Below are positions 1 through 7,706 of a stretch of DNA of 8,173 nucleotides, piece by piece; the stretch's first letter is position 1, and every line of letters begins with the position of its first letter. The DNA lies in the NCBI GenBank assembly GCA_051294375.1, contig JBJCIZ010001065.1, positions 1 to 8,173 on the forward strand. The letters are read 5' to 3'. This DNA is from Paraspadella gotoi. Taxonomy: Eukaryota > Animalia > Chaetognatha. Below the pieces are notes generated by a model, which saw only the letters and a program-made list of their open reading frames with translations, made no database searches and was not told the origin of the DNA. The position numbers and the translations under genes were made by a program.

Positions 1-94
1 CGCCACAAATACCAACGCTTTATTTGGCGTAGAGTTAGCCTGGAAAAGTTAGCAAGTCAATGAAACAACTCTCCAAACTTAGTTTAAAACAATG

Positions 95-1700
95 GTGTTT
101 TTAACTTTATTATCTCTTTTTACATTAGAAAAGTCGTTTATCGGTTTTTTTATCTCTTTTTACATTGGAAAAGAAGTTTGCTAGTGTTTTTAACGTTTTT
201 CTCTTTTTATATTGAAAATGTCGTCTGCCGGTGTATTTAACGTTTTTATCTTCTTTTTACATTGGAAAAAGCGTTTTTCTTTGTTTTTAAAGTTGTTCTC
301 TTTGGAAATGTCGTCTGCCGGTGTATTTAACGTTTTTATCACTTTTTACATTAGAAAAGTGTATATCGGTTTTTTTTAACTCTTTTATACATTGGAAAAA
401 AATCGTTTTCTGTTATTTTTAAAGTTTTAATATCTTTTTACAGAGAAAAAGTCGTTTCTCTGGTGTATTTAACGTTTTTATGTATTGAGAGTGAGAGAAA
501 GCTACATAAAATTATAAGAGAAAAGAGAGAGAGAAGGAGATATAAAAATAAAAGAGAGGAAATTTGTTTGTTTTGATAAAACGTATTAAAAAGATATTTA
601 ATAACTGTCCTCACCCAATTTTAACAACCTCGATGATGTTATTTGCAGAAGTTTTTAACGTTTTTATTTCTTTTTTCTTTTTGAAATTATCGTTTTCCGG
701 TGTTTTAGAAATTTTTTATCTCTTTTTACATTGGAAAAAGCGTTTTTTCTTTGTTTTTAAAGTTATCTCTTTGGAAATGTCGTCTGCCGGTGTATTTAAC
801 GTTTTTATCACTTTTTACATTAGAAAAGTCGTTTATCGGTGTTTTTTAATCTCTTTTTACATTGGAAAAATCGTTTGCCGGTTTTTTTAAAGTTTTTTTT
901 TTTTTTGCATTGGAAAAATCGTTTTTGTTATTTTTCAAGTTTTCATATCTTTTTACAGAGAAAAAGTCGTTTTCTGGTGTATTTAACGTTTTTATCTATT
1001 GAGTTAGAGAAAGCTACATAAAATTAAAGAGAAAAGAGAGAGAGAAGGAGACATAAAAATAAAAGAGAGGAAATTTGTTTGTTTTGATAAAACATATTAA
1101 AAAGATATTTAATAACTGTCCTCACCCAATTTTAACAACCTCGATGATGTTATTTGCAGAAGTTTTTAACGTTTTTATTTCTTTTTTCTTTGAAATTATC
1201 GTTTTCATGTGTTTTCTACGTTTTATCTCTTTTTACATTGGAAAAAGCGTTTTTCTTTTGTTTTATAACGTTTTCATCACTTTTCACATTGGAAAAGTCG
1301 TTTTCTGGTGTTTTTAACGTTTTTAGCTCTTTTTACATAGTAAAAGGAAAAGTAAAAGTCGTTTTTTCCGTGTTTTTAACGTTTTCTTTCTTTTTACAAA
1401 AGAAAAGTCGTTTTTTTGATGTTTTTAACGTTTTTAGCTTTTTTTACATAGGAATAGTCGTTTGACGGGTTTTTTCAACGTTTTTATTTCTTTTTTTATT
1501 GGAAAAGTCGTTTGCCCAAGTTTTTAACGTTTTTATCTCTTTTTACATTGGAAAGAGCGTTTTTCTTTGTTTTTAAAGTTTTTATCTCTTTGGAAGAGTC
1601 GTTTGGTGGTGTTTTTAACTCTTTTTACATAGGAAATGTCGTCTGCGGTGTTATTTTAACGTTTTTATTTCTTTTTACATGAGAAAAGTCGTTTATCAGT
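95..1700. repeat. Degenerate ~42-50 bp minisatellite array, consensus about GTGTTTTTAACGTTTTTATCTCTTTTTACATTGGAAAAGTCGTTTTCTG
   Basis: The motifs 'tttttaacgttttt' and 'tttttacattggaaaa(g)tcgttt' recur at roughly 45-50 bp spacing throughout. The array is interrupted twice by the same ~170-bp non-array segment (~485-650 and ~1000-1160). Confidence 0.92.
250..1260. repeat. Higher-order tandem duplication (~250-720 and ~720-1230, start of a third copy at ~1230)
   Basis: 'ataactgtcctcacccaattttaacaacctcgatgatgttatttgcagaag' occurs at 601 and 1112 (offset 511). 'gctacataaaatt' occurs at 501 and 1013. 'attggaaaaagcgtttt' occurs at 261, 730 and 1237. Confidence 0.9.
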
Positions 1701-1723
1701 GTACATGTGACATTGCCTGCATT

Positions 1724-1950
1724 ATAAGTTATTCTTCCCTTTTTCTAAAATGAATCCACGAAAATCTCGGATGTAAATTTGGGATTTTGTATTGAGAAAA
1801 AAAATAAATGGCGATAATAAAAGTTTTTAGAAGGAAAAATATAATAAGAATTATTCAAAAAACGAACGATCCTACATAGAGAGAGAGAGAGAGAGAGAAA
1901 GAAGCTGAACAGAGCCGGAACTCGTTTACTCGTCGCCTAGTGACGGTGGA
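1724..1950 (+). repeat. Module C, copy 1 (dispersed repeat)
   Basis: 'aatccacgaaaatctcggatgtaaatttgggattttgtattgagaaa...aataaatggcgataataaaagttttt...aaaaaacgaacgatc' followed by (GA)n and 'cagagccggaactcgttt' is shared with ~2485-2760 and ~6661-6900. Confidence 0.9.
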
Positions 1951-2126
1951 GAAAAAAAAAGAGATAGAAAGAGAGAGAGAGAAAGAGAAAGAGAGAGAGA
2001 GACAGATAGAGAGAAAGATAGAGAGAGAGAGCCGGAACTCGTTTAATCGTTTACTCGTCGCCCAGTGACGGTGGTGAATAAAAAAGTGACTAAAAAATTA
2101 TTTTTGTAAAAAAAAAAGAGATAGAA

Positions 2127-2157
<31 letters not shown>

Positions 2158-2310
2158 CAGATAGAGAGAAAAATAGAGAGAGAGAGAGCCGGAACTCGTT
2201 TACTCGTTTACTCGTCGCCTTGTGACGGTGGTCAAAAAAAAAGTGAATAAATTTTTTTTTTGTAAAAAAAAAAGAGAGTGAGAGAGAGAGAGAGAAAGAG
2301 AAAGAAAGTT
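1911..2310 (+). repeat. Tandem triplication of a GC-rich unit (gagccggaactcgtttactcgtcgcNNNgtgacggtgg) separated by poly-A/(GA)n tracts
   Basis: Copies lie at 1911-1949, 2028-2074 and 2185-2231. The first two intervening (GA)n tracts share the same interruptions (gagatagaaag, gacagatagagagaaa). Confidence 0.9.
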
Positions 2311-2484
2311 TTCCCGCCAACGATACGCAATATTAGGTCACTCTCGTTTATATCGGCGTGATCTCGGTCAAGTTGATTTTTTTTATACACGTAACGTTTC
2401 CGTTGCCATCAAAACTCGTTATTAGGTCATGTTCCCCGACATTGTTTACTCGTTGCCCTGCAACGGCCACGAAATCCAGGTCAA

Positions 2485-2760
2485 GTAAGATATTCTTCAT
2501 ATTTTCTCCAAAAAATCCACGAAAATCTCAGATGTAAATTTGGGATTTTGTATTGAGAAATAAGCGCGGAATAAATGGCGATAATAAAAGTTTTTAAAAG
2601 GAAAAAAATAATCAGAATTTTTCAAAAAACGAACGATCAGGCATGAGATCGTACAGAGAGAGAGAGAGAGAGACACAGATAGAAACAGAGAGAAACAAAG
2701 CTGGACAGCTGCTGGAAGGCCGCTGTACAGTCACTGCAGAGCCTGAACTCGTTTTTTCAG
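2485..2760 (+). repeat. Module C, copy 2
   Basis: 'aatccacgaaaatctcagatgtaaatttgggattttgtattgagaaa' at 2514, then (GA)n and 'cagagcctgaactcgttt' at ~2737. Confidence 0.9.
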
Positions 2761-2880
2761 AAAAATTTTTTTTTTCTTTTATTTAAGAAAAAATAATTAT
2801 TCGCTTAAATTTATTCAATTTTAGCGTAACTTGTAGAGTGCATAATTAAGTCGCGGCAAGTAGCGTGGGGCAATTGACCT

Positions 2881-3690
2881 AGAATTTTGTATGCTGGGTA
2901 GGAAAGTGTGTGATTGAACAGGAAAACAAGTTTCGATGGAATCGTTTTAAGGTGGAAATGAGTTTAAATGGAAAAAACAAAAAATTGATTATGCTTCTTT
3001 TTCCTTTTATATAAATGTATATGCAGGATGTATTAAATAAATCAAATAATTAATCAGTTTAATTAATAAATTAGTCAATTAATCAATAATTAATGAAGCA
3101 GAATTTAATCCGTCATCCCGTCCCACCTTAGCAAAAAGCTCCAATAACTCGTGATTGGCTGGTGGATTGGAATGAAATTTTTGTGTGTGGGGTAGGACCG
3201 TGTGAGAGAAGCTGGATATAAAAGTTTCGATGGAATCGTGGAGGTGGAAATGAGTTAAATGAAAAAATATGAGTCACATTTACTTGATCTTTTTATTTAT
3301 TTAACCAATGATAGATTGAGATGAAATTTTGTGAGCGTGGAACGTGTGAGAGAGCCGATATTAAGTTTTTGACGGCCGATGTGCAGTGGAAATGGAGAAT
3401 GTTATATATAAATGAAATATGTTTATTATATTAATTATATTAGTTAATGTGAAAATGATGCAATTTAAAAAATTATGCAATTGAAAAAATGATGCAGTTG
3501 AAAAAATGATGCAAGTTGAAAGATGTTGAAGTTGAAAATGATGCAATTGCAAAAATGTGGCAAATTGAAAAAATGATGCAAAATGAAAAAAAGATGCAGT
3601 TGAAAAATTGCATGCAAGTTTAAAATTTAACAATCGTCGCAATTGCCTAAAAAAGAGAGGAGAGAAGGAATAGACATAAAATAAAAATAT
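2881..3690 (+). mobile_element. Module B, copy 1: internal portion of a probable non-autonomous Helentron/DINE-1-like element
   Basis: Collinear with 4730-4960 plus 5580-6230. It has three 'aaattttgtgtgtgggtagg...gatataaaagtttcgatggaatcg' type subrepeats (~2882, ~3174, ~3323), a degenerate GTCC tract (3108-3124), a 17-bp VNTR and an '(GA)n gacataaaa' end. The duplication is seen directly; the family call is inference. Confidence 0.55.
3450..3625. repeat. ~16-18 bp minisatellite (TGAAAAAATGATGCAAGT), about 10 units
   Basis: Successive units such as tgaaaaaatgatgcagt and tgaaaaaatgatgcaagt. The same unit occurs about 3 times at 6047-6097. Confidence 0.9.
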
Positions 3691-3920
3691 AATTAATTAA
3701 TTATTATTATTATTATAAATTAATTAATTAATAAAATTAATAAAATTATTTATTAATAATTAATAATAATAATATTTATAATTAAAAATTAATTAATTAA
3801 TTTTTATTATAATTATTTTTAATAATAATCATAATATTAAAATTAATAATGAATTAATAATTAAAATTGATTAATAATTAATTCTTAATGTAAAAATTAA
3901 TTCAATATTCAATTATTAAT
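3690..3920. repeat. Low-complexity AT tract, (TAAT/TAA)n
   Basis: Almost exclusively A/T, built from aatt/taat/taa motifs. A similar tract lies at ~7615-7710, again directly before module D. Confidence 0.9.
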
Positions 3921-4500
3921 TATTATCGTAGGCGATCGCGAATTGTTTGCTCAAATGTTTGTTTTTGTTTCCTTGGTTTTCAATTTTTTTGTTTTTGTTT
4001 TTATGCATTATCGTTTGAAGTTTTATTACATTGTTTTTCGTTATGCTTCTATATTTTTGTTTTTGCTCTTGATTGCTATTTTTTTTGTTTTTATTTTAGC
4101 ATTATCAAAAAATAAATATATAAATTTAAAAATAAAAGCTATTGCTTCTCTTGACATTTGTCACTTTTTGTTTTTGGTTTTTCCGGTTTTTATGATTGTT
4201 TACATTTGATCTTTGACGTTTTGACTCGTTATTTTTTTATAGCTTTCTTATGATATATTCATACATTTATTAATGATTTTAAAACGTAGTGTCTTTGTTG
4301 TTTATTGATTTCAATATGTAGTTTAGTTTTACTTGTTTTCCAGTCTTTTAAACCGTTAGTGTCTTTTGTTTTATTGAATTTCAATCATAGTTTAGTTTTC
4401 CAGTCTTTTACATGTTACTGTTTTTATCGTTATGCTCGAATACTGTTTTCGGTATTAATAAAAAAAAAAAAAAAATATTATTTATTTTTTTTATTTTTCT
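3921..4500 (+). repeat. Module D, copy 1, with ~50-70 bp subrepeats and an A-run near its end
   Basis: It starts 'ttatcgtaggcgatcgcgaattgtttgctcaaa' versus 'ttatcgtaggcagatccgacattgtttgctcaaa' at 7707. Subrepeats 'aaacgttagtgtcttttgttttattgaatttcaat...agtttagtttt..cagtctttt' and the segment 'atactgtttt.ggtattaat(a)n' are shared with 7707-8150. Confidence 0.85.
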
Positions 4501-4637
4501 TAGTCGATTGTTATCGCAGGTCCGATCTATAATTCATTTGGATCGCGTTCGTCGGTCCGCCCGCTTCAATATGTGTCGGGCACTAACTTATATCATGTCA
4601 GAACATCGAATTATGATAATTATGCAAAAAAAATGAT

Positions 4638-4678
4638 GTCCGTCCGTCGTCTGTCTGTCTGTCTGTGTCCGTCCGTCC
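4638..4678 (+). repeat. (GTCY)n tetranucleotide microsatellite
   Basis: gtccgtccgtcgtctgtctgtctgtctgtgtccgtccgtcc. Confidence 0.95.
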
Positions 4679-4967
4679 CACCTTAGCAAAAAACACCAAT
4701 TACTCGTGATTAGATGGATGGATTTAAATGAAATTTTGTGTGTGGATAGGTAAATGTGTGATTGAGCTGGATATGAAGTTTCGATGGAATCGTCCGAGTG
4801 GAAATGAGTTTAAATGGAAAAAACAAAAACACTGTTTTACTAATTGATTATGCTTCTTTTTCCTTTTATATTAAATGTATATGCAGGATGTATTAATAAA
4901 TCAAATAATTTATCAGTTAATTAATCAATTAGTAAATAAATTAATCAATAATTAATTAATTTGTCAA

Positions 4968-5579
4968 TAAAGCGGTAGTGAAAGTTATATACGCAAATTC
5001 TAAAAGTCAATTATGAACAACATACTATCAGTAAACATTAATTTGTAAAAAAAATTAATTTTATGTTTTTTTAATTTTCGCAGTAGGCTATATTATATAT
5101 AGTATTATCCTTATAAATCGAAAAATTTCAAAATAGGCTTTTCTTAATTTTGATTCAGATTTGAATTCCTCGTCAAAAGTTGATAAAGAAAATATAAATC
5201 ATTTTTTTAAAATTCTTTCATTAAAGTGGGTTAAAAATTAAAAAAAAAACTATATTTAATATATAAAAAAGTTAATTTTCAGCTTAAAATATAGCTTTTT
5301 TTAATTTTTGACCCACTTAATGAAGGAATTTTTCAAAAGAATTATATTTCTTTTTATCACTTTTTATGACAAATCCAAATCAGCTAAAAAATCTTAGAAA
5401 AAACTGTTTTGAAATTTTAACATTTATTGGTTTAGTACTAGTATAAATATGGCCTACTGCGTAAATTGTAAAATTTATTATAAATTTTTTTATTATATAA
5501 TTGTTCATTAATATAATATTGTCGTTCCTCCTTTTAGAATTTTAATTAAAGTTAAATTTAGAAATTTTGCTACGCCTTA
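4968..5579. mobile_element. ~612-bp foldback (long-TIR) non-autonomous DNA transposon / MITE
   Basis: The ends are 'taaagcggtagtgaaagtt' and 'aattttgctacgcctta' (reverse complement taaggcgtagcaaaatt). Internal inverted pairs are gcagtaggctatatt (5080-5094) with aatatggcctactgc (5446-5460), and ttctttcattaaagtgggttaaaaatt..ctatattt (5213-5257) with aaatatag..aatttttgacccacttaatgaaggaa (5287-5328). The flanks are tttgtcaa and ttagtcaa (7/8 match). The element is absent from the paralogous site at ~3070-3110. Confidence 0.88.
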
Positions 5580-6046
5580 TTAGTCAATCAATCCGTCCAT
5601 CCGTCCCATCTTAGCAAAAAGCTCCAATAACTCGTGATTGCCTGGTTGGACTTGGAAATTAAATTTTGTGTGTGGGTAGGAAAGTGTGTGATAAAGCTGG
5701 ATATAAAGTTTCGATGGAATCGTGTGAGTGAATTAGTTTAAATGGAAAAAACATAAGTCGAATTTACTAAATATTTTTACTTATTTTAACCAATAAATAC
5801 TCTGATTAATCATAATTGGATGGATAGATTGAGTTAAAATTTTGGTGTTTGGTAGGAAATGTGTGACGAAGCTTGATATAAAAGTTTCAGTGGAAACGTA
5901 CCATGGAAATGAGATTAAATGAAAAAAAATATGAGTCACAGTTTACTGAATCTTTTTATTTATTTTAACCCATGATAGATTGAGATGAAATTTTGTGAAG
6001 CCGGTAGGAAAGTGAGTGAAGAATCTAGATTAAAAGTTTTGACGGA

Positions 6047-6097
6047 ATGCAGTTGAAAAAATTATGCAAGTTGAAAAAATGATGCAAGTTAAAAAAA
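6047..6097. repeat. Short copy (~3 units) of the 17-bp TGAAAAAATGATGCAAGT minisatellite
   Basis: atgcagttgaaaaaattatgcaagttgaaaaaatgatgcaagttaaaaaa. Confidence 0.88.
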
Positions 6098-6326
6098 TCT
6101 TAAAAGGATAAGGATCGTCGCTATTGCATAAAAGAGAGAGAGAGAGAGAGAGAAAAAGGAGGGGAGGGAGGTAGAGAGAGAGAGGAGAGAGAGAGAAAGA
6201 GAGAGAGAAGGAGACATAAAAATAAAAAAAATCTTAAAAGACTCAAGATCGAGCCAGAGCCCATATCAAAGAAAATTCAATGAAAAAAAACCGGGAAAAA
6301 AACGATGAATCATGCGATAACGAATT

Positions 6327-6518
6327 ATTGATGTAATAGTAATTGATTGAAGTAATACTAATTGATTGATGTAATAGTAATATATTGATGTAATAGGAAT
6401 TCATTATTGATTCGATGATATCCAAATTATTGATGCGATGATAGTCATTCACTGCTGTGATGATAGTCATTCACTGATGCGATGATTGTCATTCATTGAT
6501 GCGATGATAGTCAATAAA
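6327..6518. repeat. Compound minisatellite: 4 x 19 bp (ATTGATGTAATAGTAATTG) then 4 x 22 bp (TGATGCGATGATAGTCATTCAC)
   Basis: 19-bp units start at 6327, 6346, 6365 and 6384. 22-bp units start at 6431, 6453, 6475 and 6497. Confidence 0.9.
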
Positions 6519-6543
6519 ACAAACAATATGAGTGTATGAGTGA

Positions 6544-6567
6544 AAGAGAGAGAGAGAGAGCGAGAGA

Positions 6568-6617
<50 letters not shown>

Positions 6618-6660
6618 GGAGAGAGAGAAGGAAGGAAAGAGAAAGAGAGAGAGAAGAGAG
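6544..6660. repeat. (GA)n microsatellite, the longest of many
   Basis: Long GA run. Others lie at ~1878-1900, 1960-2030, 2118-2188, 2654-2690, 6132-6213, 6810-6942, 7119-7160 and 7235-7290. Confidence 0.97.
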
Positions 6661-7109
6661 AATAAATTCACGAAAATCTCGGATGAAAAATATGGGATTT
6701 TGTATTGAATAAAAAAAGCTCCGGAATAATGGCAAATAAAAAGTTTTTAGAAGGAAAAAAAATAATCAGAATTTTTTCAAAAAACAAACGATCACGCAAG
6801 AGATCGGACAGAGAGGGACAGACACACACAGAGAGACAGAGAGAGAGAGAGAGAAAAAGAGAGAGAGAGAGAACAGCCGCCTGCAGAGAGAAAAGAGAGA
6901 GAAAGAGCGATAATATATAATTTAAAAGAGAGAGAGAGAGAGAAGCTCTACAGCCCCTTTACTCGTTAAAGAATCAGAAGTACCTATGGCGCCGGACGTA
7001 GCGTGAGCTCTTTTTTACCCAAAGGACCCGGGTTCGCACCCTGTTCGCGGCATCGTTTTGTACATTAGTGAGCCCACATTATATCTAAAAATTTTTTTGT
7101 AAAAAAAAA

Positions 7110-7164
<55 letters not shown>

Positions 7165-7300
7165 AGCTGGACAGACGCTGCAGAGCCGGAATCGTTTTTA
7201 GACAAATCAGAAGAAAGACAGTGACGGAGGAATAAAGAGAGAGAGAGAGAGAGCGACATATATTTAAAAGAAAGAGAGAGAGAGAGAGAGCGACATATAA
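6661..7300 (+). repeat. Module C, copy 3, with diverged GC-rich subunits
   Basis: 'aattcacgaaaatctcggatgaaaaatatgggattttgtattgaa...aataaaaagtttttagaaggaaaaaaaataatcagaattttttcaaaaacaaacgatc', then later 'aagaagctggacagacgctgcagagccggaatcgttt' (7161-7197) and 'cagtgacgg' (~7219-7227). Confidence 0.85.
6980..7052 (+). pseudogene. Degenerate tRNA-like sequence (tRNA-Lys(TTT)-like pseudogene or tRNA-derived SINE head)
   Basis: 73 nt with canonical spacing: A-box-like tggcgccggacg, D-stem gcgc/gcgt, variable loop aggac, T-arm ccggg-ttcgcac-cctgt (B-box ggttcgcacc), and TTT at the anticodon position. The acceptor and anticodon stems do not pair, and there is an internal T6 run. Confidence 0.7.
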
Positions 7301-7305
7301 TTAAA

Positions 7306-7520
7306 ACGTTTTTGTTTTGGTAAATAAAACATAAACAAATACGAAATTTGATATGAAAACATGAGAATTTTAAAGATCTTGATGATTAGAAGCCATATAT
7401 GAAATTTCAACTCCCTATGATATCACACTTTCAGAAGCCATGATTGCAAAAAAGCGTGACCAAAAGCTAAACCGAAACAAAATCTCGCCAGGACGGGCTT
7501 TGCCGCCTAGCTCGATAATA
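7306..7520 (-). mobile_element. Probable terminus of a Helentron/HINE-like element in minus orientation, with an imperfect GC-rich hairpin
   Basis: 7485-7515 (tcgccaggacgggc-ttt-gccgcctagctcga) folds imperfectly. The reverse complement of the end reads tattatcgagctaggcg, matching tattatcg--taggcg at 3921 and ttatcgtaggc at 7707. Confidence 0.45.
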
Positions 7521-7527
7521 GAGGATA

Positions 7528-7612
7528 TTTTTGTTTGTTTTGAATAAAATGTAAACAAAACATTTAATAACTGTCCTGAATCAATTTTAAGGACATCGAT
7601 GATGACAAGCTG
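7528..7612 (+). repeat. Diverged copy of the segment that interrupts the 48-bp array (563-650, 1074-1161)
   Basis: 'tttgtttgttttgaataaaatgtaaacaaaacatttaataactgtcctgaatcaattttaaggacatcgatgatg' versus 'tttgtttgttttgataaaacgtattaaaaagatatttaataactgtcctcacccaattttaacaacctcgatgatg'. Confidence 0.85.
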
Positions 7613-7706
7613 ATATAAAATTATAATTAATTATTAAAATAATTAATTAATCTATTAATTAATTAATCTATTAATTAATTAATTATTTAATCTATTAATT
7701 AATTAA

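Larger units (their letters stand above)
4511..6230 (+). mobile_element. Module B, copy 2: probable non-autonomous Helentron/DINE-1 (HINE)-like element, interrupted by a foldback insertion
   Basis: A (GTCC/GTCT)n microsatellite at 4638-4678 is followed by 'tactcgtgattagatggatggatttaaatgaaattttg' and four internal subrepeats (~4730, ~5661, ~5836, ~5988). A GTCY microsatellite followed by central tandem repeats is the known DINE-1/HINE layout. Termini are uncertain. Confidence 0.6.

Noticed and set aside
1-29. Imperfect hairpin cgccacaaata...tatttggcg
   Set aside because: Short, bulged and at the window edge. It cannot be distinguished from chance without upstream sequence.
564-1465. ORFs 564-890, 839-1021, 1075-1317 and 1154-1465, including two near-identical N-termini
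   Set aside because: They are Phe-rich translations of T-tract minisatellite with non-ATG starts. The similarity comes from the DNA duplication, and frames shift between copies.
1911-2231. CRISPR-like array of three ~38-46 bp hairpin-containing direct repeats
   Set aside because: The 'spacers' are 80-110 bp (GA)n/poly-A tracts homologous to each other, repeat lengths vary, there are no cas genes, and the context looks eukaryotic.
2867-2880. ggggca-at-tgacct as a nuclear-receptor inverted repeat
   Set aside because: A single degenerate match at a repeat junction, with no supporting context.
3943-4636. Hydrophobic membrane-protein-like ORFs (3943-4209, 4305-4532, 4412-4636), superficially like mitochondrial ND subunits
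   Set aside because: Hydrophobicity follows from T-rich composition, no recognisable motifs are present, and the reading frames are not kept in the paralogous module D copy at 7707-8150.
3361-6470. Minus-strand ORFs 3361-3642 and 6243-6470
   Set aside because: Both run through minisatellites whose unit lengths (about 17, 19 and 22 bp) are not multiples of three.
6980-7052. Functional tRNA gene
   Set aside because: The acceptor stem (gtaccta/tcgcggc) and anticodon stem (agctc/cccaa) do not pair, and there is an internal TTTTTT Pol III terminator.
2090-7259. Minus-strand Ser-Leu repeat ORFs (2090-2320, 6489-6671, 6511-6735, 7065-7259) and the plus-strand Arg-Glu ORF 6705-6920
   Set aside because: They are simple translations of (GA)n/(TC)n microsatellites.
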